Origin: a plasmid
Strand: one strand, 5' to 3'
Length of the DNA: 64,000 nucleotides
Assembly: GCF_058153355.1 (NCBI RefSeq)
Contig: NZ_JBLWLY010000002.1
Positions 36,688 to 49,288 of this stretch are shown here, piece by piece (position 1 is the stretch's first letter; each line of letters starts with the position of its first letter). The notes under the pieces are model-generated. The model saw nothing but the letters and a program-made list of their open reading frames with translations. It had not been told where the DNA came from and ran no database searches. Position numbers and translations under genes: made by a program.

Positions 36688-38511
36688 GTCGAGTCAGCCG
36701 GAGAGAATTTCACTCCCCGGCTGCTCACGGAACCGTACGTGACACTCTCGCGTCATACGGCTCTTGATCACTCATTTGATGCACGTAGTAAATACCAGTG
36801 AACAAATAGCTTCGGATACTCCTTCCTTACCAGCGTCAGCTTTCGCTGAGCCTTCCGGTTCGAAAGTCTGTATTTAGACTGCATCCACTTGAGCAGACGT
36901 GACTGCATTGCACTCCACAGTCGATAGTTGAAATTTCTGGACCAGAACTTTCCGTAGTACTCGATCCAGCCTCTCACTATCGCATTGTAGCGCCTCGCAA
37001 AATCCAGCAAACTCTCAGCTGTTGAGCGATGTATACGCCACTTCTTGATTGTTTCTGTTATTTTGCGCATTGCTGCATTTGACGCACCCGGCATGCATTT
37101 TCGGTACAGTTCGCCTTTGAAATTCTTCAGCGTACGCACTTTGAAGTCATATCCGAGAAAGGTGAAACTCGTTGCGACGTTTCTCCTTTTAAACGTGTCA
37201 ATGTAGGCGATATTCGTTTTCCCTGCATTCAGGACCAGCCCGACTTCCGAGAAGCGCTCCGATAACCTGTTCTTCAGCCTTGTTGCATCACTCATTCGTG
37301 AACAATGTACTACAATATCGTCAGCGTACCTCTCAAACGGTACCCCCCGATATTCTCTTTCCATCCACAAATCAAATGCATAGTGAAGGAACAAGTTAGC
37401 AAGTAGTGGACTAATGACCCCGCCCTGCGGAGTGCCTCGTGTTCGGGTTATTAATTCTCCATTTTCACAACTCTGCATTGGCGCTTCCATCCAGCGTCGA
37501 CAGTACAGGATGACCCATTTAGGCATCCCGTGGTGTTCCAGAGCTTTGAGCACCAGATCATGTCTCACATGGTCGAAAAACGCACTGATGTCCACTTCCA
37601 GTATCCAGCTATAACGCCAGCACCGGATGGCACATTGTTTCAGAGCGTCATGAGCTGATTTGCCTGGTCGGTAACCATATGAATCAGCATGGAAAATCGG
37701 GTCAAGCTTTTCTTCCATGAAAAGTTTTATCGCTCCCTGAGCAATTCGATCGGATACTGTTGGGATCCCCAGAATGCGTTCCTTGCCATTCGACTTCGGG
37801 ATCCGTTTTTCCAGCACTGGTGGCGGAAACCATGTTCCCGAACATAGCCGGTTCCAGATCTTGTATAGATTGCCATCACGTTGCTGGTCGAACATTTTCA
37901 AAGTCTGCCCGTCGCATCCGGGGGCTCCCTTGTTGCGACGCACATCCAGATATGATGCCCAGACCAGTGCTTTTGGTATTTCAAATGATTTTCGTTGCAT
38001 CAGTTACGTCATCCCCTTTTGGGTTGTGTCTTCTGCAATGAATGTGATCCCCATCCCTTCGCTCCAGACCCATTACAGATCTTTCATCACTACTACGAAT
38101 GGGTCCGCCCCTGTTTCCCGATACGTGCCGGAAACAGGTTCTCACGTTCCCTGAGATGGTCTGGCCCGGGATCCTGCTGCCTTCACACCGGATGCCGCGC
38201 AGTCAGTAAGCAGGTGTCTTCTGCGCTTATCAGGGGACGGCTGTACGGCCCCATTTTGACATCATCTAAGATTTCGATGCTTCATCGGACAGTTTACTTT
38301 CGTTCAGCTTCCCGAACCCCACGTGACAGTAGATCTCTGCCTTTTCCCGAGTCGCTCACCACCTCATTCCTTAGAATGAAGCAGCACCGGGTCGTTTGGT
38401 CAGTGCTCCTGTAAACCCTGACCGGAGGGCCCACCTCCACCCACCTCAGAGCATGGATAACTTATGCTGCAATTTTCACATTGTTGCCATAAGTACTCCT
38501 TCGTGACACAC
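36688..38511 (-). mobile_element. Group II intron copy 2 (1824 bp) inserted in IS66 tnpC
   Basis: Boundaries GTGTG...CTCGAC on the minus strand; flanking exon sequence identical to the other copies. Confidence 0.85.
36768..38000 (-). CDS. Group II intron-encoded reverse transcriptase/maturase (intact, 410 aa)
   Basis: RT domains including PQGGVISPLLANLFL and YADD; no obvious endonuclease domain at this size. Confidence 0.9.
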   Translation of the reverse strand: MQRKSFEIPKALVWASYLDVRRNKGAPGCDGQTLKMFDQQRDGNLYKIWNRLCSGTWFPPPVLEKRIPKSNGKERILGIPTVSDRIAQGAIKLFMEEKLDPIFHADSYGYRPGKSAHDALKQCAIRCWRYSWILEVDISAFFDHVRHDLVLKALEHHGMPKWVILYCRRWMEAPMQSCENGELITRTRGTPQGGVISPLLANLFLHYAFDLWMEREYRGVPFERYADDIVVHCSRMSDATRLKNRLSERFSEVGLVLNAGKTNIAYIDTFKRRNVATSFTFLGYDFKVRTLKNFKGELYRKCMPGASNAAMRKITETIKKWRIHRSTAESLLDFARRYNAIVRGWIEYYGKFWSRNFNYRLWSAMQSRLLKWMQSKYRLSNRKAQRKLTLVRKEYPKLFVHWYLLRASNE

Positions 38512-39943
38512 AGAGCCAGTTTTTCCGGCCTACGGCCACTCCCCGTAAGGCGTTCTCTGCGATGTTGTTGTCGATTTCCACCCAGCCATTACTGCAGTAC
38601 ACGTTCAGTGCATCCCACTGTTTCAGCAGGTATGCGAACGCTTTTGCCGTGTCCGAGTGACGCGACAGTGTTTTCATCTGTTGCTGTATCCAGTCATACA
38701 GTGACTGCATCAGTGGCGCGGCTCTGGCTTTTCTTGCCGCCAGACGCTGTTCTGCTGAACAGCCCCGGACCTCTGCCTCGATGGCATACAGTTCACCGAT
38801 ACGCTGCAGGGCTTCCGTGGTGATGTCGGTGGGCACTCTTGCATGCACATCGTGGATTTTTCTCCGGGCATGAGCCATACATGCGGCTTCCGTTATTCTG
38901 CCGGATTCGTACAACGCCCGGTAACCACCGTAAGCATCGGCCTGAAGCACTCCGCTGTAACCGGCCAGATGATTCTGTGGATGGATACCTTTCCGGTCCG
39001 GGCTGTACGCGAACCAGACCGCCGGAGGCATTTCCGAACCGGCATTCCTGTCATCCCGGACATACGTCCAGATATATCCTGTTTTCGCCTTCTTCCTGCT
39101 CGGTGCCAGCACTTTTACTGGTGTGTCATCAGTGTGAACCTTGCGGGTGTTCATCACATAACGGTACAGGGCATCATTCAGCGGAGTCATTAACTGGCAG
39201 CACGCGTCAACCCAGTTGGAGAGTAACGTACGGCTCAGTTCGACCCCCTGACGGGCAAAGATTTCACTCTGACGATACAGTGGCAGGTGTTCGCAGTATT
39301 TTCCCGTTAACACGCGGGCAAGTAACCCCGGGCCCGCGATACCACGCTCTATCGGACGGGACGGTGCCGGAGCTTCAACGATGCAGTCACATTTTGTACA
39401 GGCTTTTTTTACCCGTTCTGTGCGGATCACTTTCAGAGCGCTGCTCACCAGTTCCAGTTGTTCTGCGCTGACTTCCCCCAGATAATCCAGCTCACCGCCA
39501 CACTCCGGGCAACAGCTTTCTTCTGGCTCCAGGCGATTTATTTCGCGGGGCAGATGCTCCGGTAACGGGCGACGATGACGAGACTGTCGTAACTGGCGGG
39601 GAACCCGGAACTCCACCTTGCAGGAGTTTGCACTGACAGTTGTCTGAGTAGATAGAGACGGAGTAAGAGCCGCCACCGGTTCTTTCTGCTCATCCGGCGT
39701 TATCTCCACAGGTAATAATTCAACGCCAGCGTCAGAAGGGGTTGTTACCGGAAGACGCCGTGATATACGCCCTTCGTTTTGCCAGAGTCTGAGCCATTTG
39801 AAAATAACATTATCATTAACGCCATTTTCTCGTGCAATCTGGGCCACACAAGCTCCGGGTTGTGATGCCAGTTCAACCATACGAAGTTTGAATTCATTCG
39901 AATGCTTTTTACGAGGTTCTTTTCGCCAGTCCTGTAATTCCAT
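38512..39943 (-). pseudogene. IS66-family tnpA-tnpC fusion left by an internal deletion that removed tnpB and the tnpC 5' end; 3' end interrupted by the intron
   Basis: ORF begins as TnpA ([30 protein letters not shown]..) and continues directly into TnpC (..[37 protein letters not shown]..). Confidence 0.7.
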
Positions 39944-40028
39944 ACTCAGGTGTCCGTCTGTGTCAGATGGGCGTCTAAGTTACCAATTCTTGTCTAATGG
40001 CTACATACGGCAGTTGGTTTACGCTTAC

Positions 40029-40311
40029 CAACTACACCTTTCAGTTCGGTAAAATCCGACAGGCCCCGCAGACCGGGCTGATGCCGCTGGCGGAACATGA
40101 CCTCCTGCTCTGCACCATACTGTAGCTTCCATTCGCGAACCCGCCGTTGCATTGTTCTTCGAAGGCTGTTGGGGTACTGACCGGGATATTTATCCTGTAG
40201 CATCTCCAGCAGAGTTGTTGGTGTTAGAGCAGGCCTCTCTTTCAACAGAGGAACAAGCATGCTGTCCCACACAGCTTCAGTAATAATGCCGGTATCAGTT
40301 TTTATCATCAC
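40029..40311 (-). pseudogene. Transposase-like N-terminal fragment of unassigned family, cut by the IS66 copy 3 end
   Basis: ORF MMIKTDTGIITEAVWDSMLVPLLKERPALTPTTLLEMLQDKYPGQYPNSLRRTMQRRVREWK.. runs into the IS66 terminus; family not determinable by eye. Confidence 0.4.
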
Positions 40312-40701
40312 TCTGTTTGCTGTTTAACCAGACTGGTGTGATTACTGATGCAGTGAAGACCTTCCCGCATCCTGACTCACACAGCGATCGACCCTTTGTG
40401 TCCTGCCCTGGACCTGTCGGTTGCCGGAAGCGCCTTCATGCGAGGTGTCTCCTCACCGATGCGCGTGACTCAAGAAGGGCCTGACGGCTTGTCTCGTTAC
40501 TGTCCTGTCCGGGTTATCTGTCTGGAGATTCAACTCTGTTTCCTCACAGGAGAATGAGATGAACGCATCCCCCAACATTAAATCCGGAGCACAGTGATGA
40601 ATAAAGGGGGAAATCAGAGAGGTGTGGAGCCTCGCAGATTTCCGGCATCATTGTGCCCAATACGGGATGCATAAAGCTCCCTCAGACTGGAGACTCCACA
40701 A

Positions 40702-41721
40702 ATGAAATATACACCGGTTGGCGTTGATATCGCAAAACATCTGATTCAGGTTCACTTCATTGATGAGAACACAGGTGAAGTGGTGGATAAGCAACTTCGC
40801 GGCAGAGATTTTCTTGAATATTTCAGCAACCGGGAACCCTGCCTGATTGGTATGGAGGCCTGTGGAGGCTCTCAGCACTGGGCACGGGAGCTGACAAAGC
40901 TGGGGCATAAAGTCCGCTTGTTACAGGCCCGCTTCGTTAAGGCATTCGTCATGGGAAACAAGAACGACGTGATGGATGCCCGGGCTATCTGGATGGCGGT
41001 TCAGCAGCCCGGTAAAGAAATTGCCGTCAAAACAGAAGAACAGCAGTCGGTACTGGTTCTGCATCGTACCCGCATGCAACTGGTGAAGTTCCGGACCGCA
41101 CAAATTAACGCCCTACACGGGACGTTACTGGAGTTTGGTGAAACCATCCACAAAGGTCGGGCAGCGATGGAGCGGGAGTTCCCAGAAGCACTGGAACGAA
41201 TGAAAGAGAGACTGCCACCGTATCTCATCACGGTACTGGAAAACCAGTATAAGCGGTTGAATGAGCTGGACTCCCTGATAGAAGACATCGAAAAACAGCT
41301 TGCCAGCGTGGCGAAACAGAATGAGACCTGTAAGCGGTTGCTGGATATTTCTGGCGTTGGGCCACTTATTGCGACGGCAGCGGTGGCCACCATGGGGGAA
41401 GCATCAGCGTTTAAATCAGGGCGAGAGTTCGCGGCTTATGTTGGTCTGGTGCCCAAACAGACTGGCTCAGGAGGGAAAATCCGCCTGCTGGGGATAAGCA
41501 AACGTGGTGATACATATCTGCGAACCCTGTTTATTCATGGCGCAAGGGCGGCAGCATTACTGACCAAAGAACCTGGTCCGTGGATAACCGAACTGAAAAA
41601 ACGTCGTCCAGCCAGTGTGGCTATCGTCGCCATGGCAAACAAGCTGGCACGAACAGTATGGGCGATAGCTGCCCATGACCGTAAGTATGACAGGAACCAT
41701 GTCAGTATCAGACCATATTAA
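40702..41721 (+). CDS. IS110-family transposase (339 aa)
   Basis: N-terminal ..VGVDIAK.. motif and C-terminal ..LVPKQTGSGGKIRLLGISKRGDTYLRTLFIHGARAA.. typical of the IS110 family. Confidence 0.8.
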   Translation: MKYTPVGVDIAKHLIQVHFIDENTGEVVDKQLRGRDFLEYFSNREPCLIGMEACGGSQHWARELTKLGHKVRLLQARFVKAFVMGNKNDVMDARAIWMAVQQPGKEIAVKTEEQQSVLVLHRTRMQLVKFRTAQINALHGTLLEFGETIHKGRAAMEREFPEALERMKERLPPYLITVLENQYKRLNELDSLIEDIEKQLASVAKQNETCKRLLDISGVGPLIATAAVATMGEASAFKSGREFAAYVGLVPKQTGSGGKIRLLGISKRGDTYLRTLFIHGARAAALLTKEPGPWITELKKRRPASVAIVAMANKLARTVWAIAAHDRKYDRNHVSIRPY

Positions 41722-41936
41722 TCGCTGATACCGATAAACAATGAACTCTTAACAAAAGGGTGAATGCTGAAAGGTTGCTCTGGCGGCCCGAGTGATGACA
41801 ACGACAGGTAAGACCGTGACCTGATAAACCTGAATAACAGCCGGGATATAAAGTCCGTAAGGAGAATAAGGCTCAGGTCAGCGAATCTCATAGTGGCCCG
41901 CAGCCCTGGCTGCAATAAGGCCGGAGTTACCGGCAG

Positions 41937-42434
41937 ATGCTGGCATGGATGACTTCGTTTGGGGCATTAAAGCGAATTGGTGTTGAGTGTACAGGCACCT
42001 ATGGATCAGGTCTGCTTCGCTATTTACAGAATGCCGGGTTAGAAGTTCTTGAGGTGACTGCGCCAGATCGGATGGAGCGACGCAAACGGGGTAAAAGTGA
42101 CACGATTGATGCTGAATGTGCCGCTCACGCCGCATTCTCCGGAATAAGAACCGTCACACCCAAAACGCGCAATGGCATGATTGAGTCTCTGCGAGTATTA
42201 AAAACTTGCCGAAAAACAGCAATATACCGCAATGTTACCAACGTTTATCGTATTTCATTAAAGTCCCTTGCCCGACGCTATCTCGAGTTACATGACGAAA
42301 TCGCTGATTTGGATGTCATGATTGCGGCAATTGTCGATGAGCTGGCGCCTGAACTGATTAAACGTAATGCTATTGGATACGAAAGCGCTTCGCAGTTGCT
42401 GATTTCTCAAGTCGCTGATTTCAAAAAACTGTAG
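41937..42434 (+). pseudogene. IS110-family transposase N-terminal fragment (165 aa)
   Basis: ..GVECTGTYGSGLLRYLQNAGLEVLEV.. resembles the N-terminal catalytic region; no C-terminal half follows. Confidence 0.55.
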
Positions 42435-42478
42435 TATCCTCTGCGAAACGATCCCTGTTTGAGTATTGAGGAGGCGGG

Positions 42479-42739
42479 ATGTCGCAGATCGAAAATGCAG
42501 TAACTTCCTCACCGAAACGCATTTACAGAAAAGGTAATCCGTTAACCGGAGCCGAGAAACAACGCATATCTGTTTCCCGGAAAAAGGGGACACATAAAGC
42601 GATTAATGTTTTCATCCAGAGTGAACTCAAAGATGATTTGACACAGCTTTGTAAAGATTCGGGCTTAACTCAAAAAGAAATGATAGAGCACTGGATTTTG
42701 AAAGAAAAAGCTGCGGTGGATGATGCGAATAGAAGGTAA
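42479..42739 (+). CDS. copB: IncFII replication control protein CopB (RepA2)
   Basis: 86 aa MSQIENAVTSS..; close to my memory of R1/R100 CopB; directly upstream of repA1. Confidence 0.85.
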   Translation: MSQIENAVTSSPKRIYRKGNPLTGAEKQRISVSRKKGTHKAINVFIQSELKDDLTQLCKDSGLTQKEMIEHWILKEKAAVDDANRR

Positions 42740-42799
42740 CTAAGTTACTTTCTTGAACATTTGAATCGCGGATGCTAGATTACTGATCGTTTAAGGAAT

Positions 42800-42950
42800 T
42801 TTGTGGCTGGCCACGCCGTAAGGTGGCAGGGAACTGGTTCTGATGTGGATTTACAGGAGCCAGAAAAGCAAAAACCCCGATAATCTTCTTTAACTTTGGC
42901 GAGTGAGAAAGATTACCGGGGCCATCTAAAAACCGTATAGCCAACAATCA
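42800..42950 (-). ncRNA. copA: Expected location of the CopA antisense RNA / repA1 leader (tap) region of an IncFII replicon
   Basis: Placed by gene order between copB and repA1 from established IncFII organisation; exact ends not determined from sequence. Confidence 0.35.
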
Positions 42951-43040
42951 AGCTATGCGGGGAGTATAGTTATATGCCCGGAAAAGTTCAAGACTTCTTT
43001 CTGTGCTCACTCCTTCTGCGCATTGTAAGTGCAGGATGGT

Positions 43041-43898
43041 GTGACTAATCTTCAACAAACTTATTACCGCCAGGTAAAGAACCCGAATCCGGTGTTCACA
43101 CCCCGTGAAGGTGCCCGGACGCTTCCGTTCTGCGGGAAACTGATGGAAAAGGCGGTGGGCTTCACCTCCCGTTTTGATTTCGCCATTCATGTGGCACATG
43201 CCCGTTCGCTTGGTCTGCGTCGGCGCATGCCACCGGTACTACGTCGCCGGGCCATTGATGCGCTGCTGCAGGGGCTGTGTTTCCACTATGACCCGCTGGC
43301 CAACCGCGTTCAGTGCTCCATCACCACGCTGGCCATTGAGTGCGGACTGGCGACGGAGTCTGATGCCGGAGTACTCTCCATCACCCGAGCCACCCGTGCC
43401 CTGACCTCCCTGGCTGAGCTGGGGCTGATTACCTACCAGACGGAATATGACCCGCTTATCGGGTGCTACATTCCGACCGATATCACGTTCACACCAGCAC
43501 TGTTTGCCGCTCTCGATGTGTCTGAGGTGGCGGTGGCTTCCGCACGCCGCAGTCGTGTGGAATGGGAAAACAGACAGCGCAAGAAGCAGGGACTGGATAC
43601 CCTGGGTATGGATGAACTGATGGCGAAAGCCTGGCGTTTTGTGCGTGAGCGTTTCCGCAGTTACCAGACAGAGCTTAAGTCCCGTGGAATGAAGCGTGCC
43701 CGTGCGCGTCGTGATGCGGACAGGCAGCGTCAGGATATTGTCACCCTGGTGAAACGGCAACTGACGCGTGAAATCTCGGAAGGGCGCTTCACTGCCAGTC
43801 GTGAGGTGGTAAAACGTGAAGTGGAGCGTCGTGTGAAGGAGCGCATGATTCTGTCACGTAACCGTAATTACAGCCGGCTGGCCACAGCCTCCCCCTGA
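43041..43898 (+). CDS. repA1: IncFII replication initiator RepA1 (probable GTG start)
   Basis: ..[66 protein letters not shown].. matches RepA1 of R100/R1-type plasmids as I recall it. Confidence 0.88.
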
Positions 43899-43929
43899 AA
43901 GTGACCTTCTCTGAATAATCCGGCCCGCG

Positions 43930-44200
43930 CCGGAGGCATCCGCGCGCCTGAAGCCCGTCAGTACACAAAAAAGCAGCACCACATACAAAAAACAACCTCA
44001 CCATCCACCTTCCGGTGCATCCGGTTTCCCCTGTTTTTGATACAAAACACGTCTCACAGACGGGCAATTTTGCTTATCCACATTAAACTGCAAGGGACTT
44101 CCCCATAAGGTTACAACCGTTCATGTCATAAAGCGCCAGCCGCCAGCCTTACAGGGTGCAATGTATCTTTTAAACACCTGTTTATATCTCCTTTAAACTA
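43930..44200 (+). other. Probable oriR region of the IncFII replicon with a consensus DnaA box TTATCCACA (44074..44082)
   Basis: Perfect DnaA box immediately downstream of repA1 in AT-rich DNA. Confidence 0.5.
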
Positions 44201-44872
44201 CGTAATTACATTCATTTAAAAAGAAAGCCTATTCACTGCCTGTCCTGTGGACAGACAGATATGCACCTCCCACCGCAAGCGGCGGGCCCCGACCGAAGCC
44301 ATCTTAGTTACAACACTCAAACACAACCACCAGAAAAACCCAAGTCCAGCGCAGAACTGAAACCACAAAGCCCCTCCCTCATAACTGAAAAGCGCCGCCG
44401 CCCCGGCCCAAAGGGCCGGAACAGAGTCGCTTTTAATTATGAATGTTGTAACTAAGCATCATCATCGCTGTCAGTCTTCTGGCTGAAAGTCCTCAGTACA
44501 CGCTCGTAAGCGGCCCTCACGGCCCGCTAACGCGGAGATACGCCCCGACTTCGGGTAAACCCTCGTCGGGACCACTCCGACCGCGCACAGAAGCTCTCTC
44601 ATGGCTGAAAGCGGGTATGGTCTAGCAGGGCTGGGGATGGGTAAGGTGAAATCTATCAATCCGTACCGGCTTACGCCGGGCTTCGGCGGTTTTACTCCTG
44701 TGCCATATGCAACAACGGAGTGCCGCCTTCCATGCCGCTAACGCGGCATCAAAAAATCCCTCTTCTCCAGTGCCCCCCTCCGAACTCAGAGTGTATTTTC
44801 ATTTATTGATGAAATTTACTGTTTGCGCAATTTTCCTGTTTTAGTGTATTTTGTCATTCTGGAGGCTATAAT

Positions 44873-45184
44873 ATGTTTAATGTGATTACTCACCCGGCCG
44901 CACTGGATGAACTTCTGGAATTACCAGACAATCTGCGTGGTCGTATGACCAGACTGATTGAACGGCTGGAACAGGAAGGTAACAAAATGAAAATGCCTCA
45001 CAGCCGTGTAATTGGCGGAGGGCTTTTTGAACTGAGAGTCGGGGATAAAAATATCGCAAGGACACTGTACGCTTATGCAACGGGTAACGAAATCTATCTG
45101 CTGCATGCATTTGTGAAAAAAACGCAAAAGACACCAACGAAAGCTATTGAAATTGCCAGGATGCGTCTGAAGGAGATGAACTGA
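44873..45184 (+). CDS. Type II toxin, HigB/RelE-like (Gp49-like family)
   Basis: 103 aa; toxin-first gene order with a 1-bp overlap to an HTH antitoxin gene. Confidence 0.6.
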   Translation: MFNVITHPAALDELLELPDNLRGRMTRLIERLEQEGNKMKMPHSRVIGGGLFELRVGDKNIARTLYAYATGNEIYLLHAFVKKTQKTPTKAIEIARMRLKEMN

Positions 45185-45471
45185 TGAAAGTAAAAGGTGT
45201 TCCATTCAGCCAGGTAAAGCAAAAACTACTCAGTACTCCAGAAGCTGTCAAAGGGTATGAGGATGCTGACAAAGAACTGGAGATGGTGGAAATGTTATAC
45301 GAAATGAGAGAAAAAGCGGGATTAACAAAGTCAGCACTGGCCGAACGAATGGGGTTACGCCCGTCAGCCATCAGTCGCCTGGAAAGTAACCCTTTAGGGG
45401 CCAGCATGAAAACTTTGACAAAATATGCTCATGCCTGTGGCGCAACCATCGATATTCACGCTGTCTATTGA
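45184..45471 (+). CDS. HTH (XRE-family) antitoxin, HigA-like
   Basis: 95 aa with helix-turn-helix segment ..LTKSALAERMGLRPSAISRLE.. Confidence 0.6.
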   Translation: MKVKGVPFSQVKQKLLSTPEAVKGYEDADKELEMVEMLYEMREKAGLTKSALAERMGLRPSAISRLESNPLGASMKTLTKYAHACGATIDIHAVY

Positions 45472-45756
45472 GGGGGCCGCTTGGAATTCGGAAAATAAAC
45501 CACGTTAAGACTATTTTTTAGACAAATGACTTTCAGGAATCGCCAAGATGGCGGGATAACAGCGGTTTTGGTGTCCGAAATCGTACAATTCTGTACATCC
45601 ACGAAAGGGAATGTACGGAAGTAAGCCAGACGGTTATCGGACGGTAAGAACATTTCGTACAGCCTTTACGTTCAGTGAGTTAGCTGGCCTGGACGTAACC
45701 ACTCGTTAACTCAATTCTCTTAGCGTGGGAAAATTTCCGAATTCCAAGCGGACCCC
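45472..45756. mobile_element. Tn3-family-derived miniature inverted-repeat element (TIME-like), 285 bp, bounded by two 38-bp Tn3-type IRs
   Basis: GGGGGCCGCTTGGAATTCGGAAAATAAACCACGTTAAG at 45472..45509 and its near-perfect inverted copy at 45719..45756; no ORF inside; no 5-bp TSD. Confidence 0.6.
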
Positions 45757-46029
45757 TTTATCCTTGCCCCGCTGAATGAGGAAACGCTGTTCCGGGGGAT
45801 TATGCTGAACGTCTTCCGTTCACGGTACTGCTGGACGATGTGGCTGGGTGCGCTGATAACGTCGTTGTTGTTCGTCGCCGCGCACAGCCAGTATCAGAAC
45901 CTGCTGACCCTGGCAGAACTGTTCCTGGTGGGGGTGATTACATCAGCGGCCAGGATCAGAAGTGGTGGCCTGCTGCTGCCGGTATTGCTGCATATGGAAG
46001 CAACCGCGCTGGGTTTACTGTTTGGTTGA
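45757..46029 (+). pseudogene. CPBP-family (CAAX/Abi-like) membrane protease, 3' fragment
   Basis: ..EETLFRGIMLNVFRSRY..AAHSQY.. motifs; gene begins abruptly at the miniature element boundary. Confidence 0.55.
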
Positions 46030-46121
46030 CAGTTATATTTTTATTAAACATTGCGCGTTAAAGCCTGGTGTGTTTTTTTAGTGGATGTTATATTTAAATA
46101 TAACTTTTATGGAGGTGAAGA

Positions 46122-46379
46122 ATGCATACCACCCGACTGAAGAAGGTTGGCGGCTCAGTTATGCTGACCGTCCCACCGGCACTGCTGAACGCGCTGTCTC
46201 TGGGTACAGATAATGAAGTTGGCATGGTCATTGATAATGGCCGGCTGATTGTTGAGCCGCACAGACGCCAGCAATATTCACTGGCTGAGCTACTGGCACA
46301 GTGTGATCCGAATGCTGAAATATCAGCTGAAGAACGAGAATGGCTGGATGCACCGGCGACTGGTCAGGAGGAAATCTGA
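46122..46379 (+). CDS. pemI: PemI/Kis antitoxin (copy A)
   Basis: 85 aa MHTTRLKKVGGSVMLTVPPALLNALSLG..; matches R100 PemI as I recall it. Confidence 0.85.
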   Translation: MHTTRLKKVGGSVMLTVPPALLNALSLGTDNEVGMVIDNGRLIVEPHRRQQYSLAELLAQCDPNAEISAEEREWLDAPATGQEEI

Positions 46380-46380
46380 C

Positions 46381-46713
46381 GTGGAAAGAGGGGAAATCTG
46401 GCTTGTCTCGCTTGATCCTACCGCAGGTCATGAGCAGCAGGGAACGCGGCCGGTGCTGATTGTCACACCGGCGGCCTTTAATCGCGTGACCCGTCTGCCT
46501 GTTGTTGTGCCCGTAACCAGCGGAGGCAATTTTGCCCGCACTGCCGGCTTTGCGGTGTCGTTGGATGGTGTTGGCATACGTACCACAGGTGTTGTGCGTT
46601 GCGATCAACCCCGGACAATTGATATGAAAGCCCGGGGCGGAAAACGACTCGAACGGGTTCCGGAGGCTATCATGAACGAAGTTCTGGGCCGCCTGTCCAC
46701 TATTCTGACTTGA
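46381..46713 (+). CDS. pemK: PemK/Kid (MazF-family) toxin (copy A, GTG start)
   Basis: 110 aa (V)ERGEIWLVSLDPTAGHEQQGTRPVLIV..; start is GTG here but ATG in copy B. Confidence 0.85.
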   Translation: MERGEIWLVSLDPTAGHEQQGTRPVLIVTPAAFNRVTRLPVVVPVTSGGNFARTAGFAVSLDGVGIRTTGVVRCDQPRTIDMKARGGKRLERVPEAIMNEVLGRLSTILT

Positions 46714-46978
46714 ACATGGGGGGGTGCCCCTATTAAGTTGTCAAGCATGTTATGACCCCTGCGGGGTATAAAAAGTCCCGTCGCGCATCATGGCGAACAG
46801 AACGTCGCAGCGTCGTCTCGCCAGGGCGATAAGCGCCTGATTGTGTCGTTTTCCCTGACTCATTTTGCGGGTGTAGTAAGCCCTGGAGAGCGGATCCCTG
46901 AGCGCGGCGAAGGCCGACTGTCAACGCCACGATTTTTAACCGTTATTTGCCATTTTCATGCCCGCTAAGATACTTTCG

Positions 46979-48948
<1,970 letters not shown>

Positions 48949-49288
48949 GTTGATGTCCTTTCTGGTGTGGGAACCTTAAGGAAACAACATGTTGGGTGGA
49001 GCGGACAATCCAAATGGCGAATTACCGTCTTATATCACTGGCGCTGACACACAGCCAGTATCAGAACCTGCTGACACTGGCAGAACTGTTCCTGGTGGGG
49101 GTGATTACATCAGCGGCCAGGATCAGAAGTGGTGGCCTGCTGCTGCCGGTATTGCTGCATATGGAAGCAACCACGCTGGGTTTACTGTTTGGTTGAAAGT
49201 TATATTTTTATTAAACATTGAGCGTTAAAGCCTGGTGTGTTTTTTTAGTGGATGTTATATTTAAATATAACTTTTATGGAGGTGAAGA

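Larger units (their letters stand above)
36476..40028 (-). mobile_element. IS66-family element (copy 3), chimeric and internally deleted, containing group II intron copy 2
   Basis: Ends GTAAGCGGCTCG (36476) and ..ACGCTTAC (40028); tnpA N-terminus fused to tnpC; 3' part identical to type A copies; intron at the same tnpC site. Confidence 0.8.

Noticed and set aside
44456-44872. Possible retron (msr-msd) in the structured non-coding region
   Set aside because: There is no adjacent reverse transcriptase gene and no clear a1/a2 inverted repeat pair bracketing the region; kept only as an unexplained structured region
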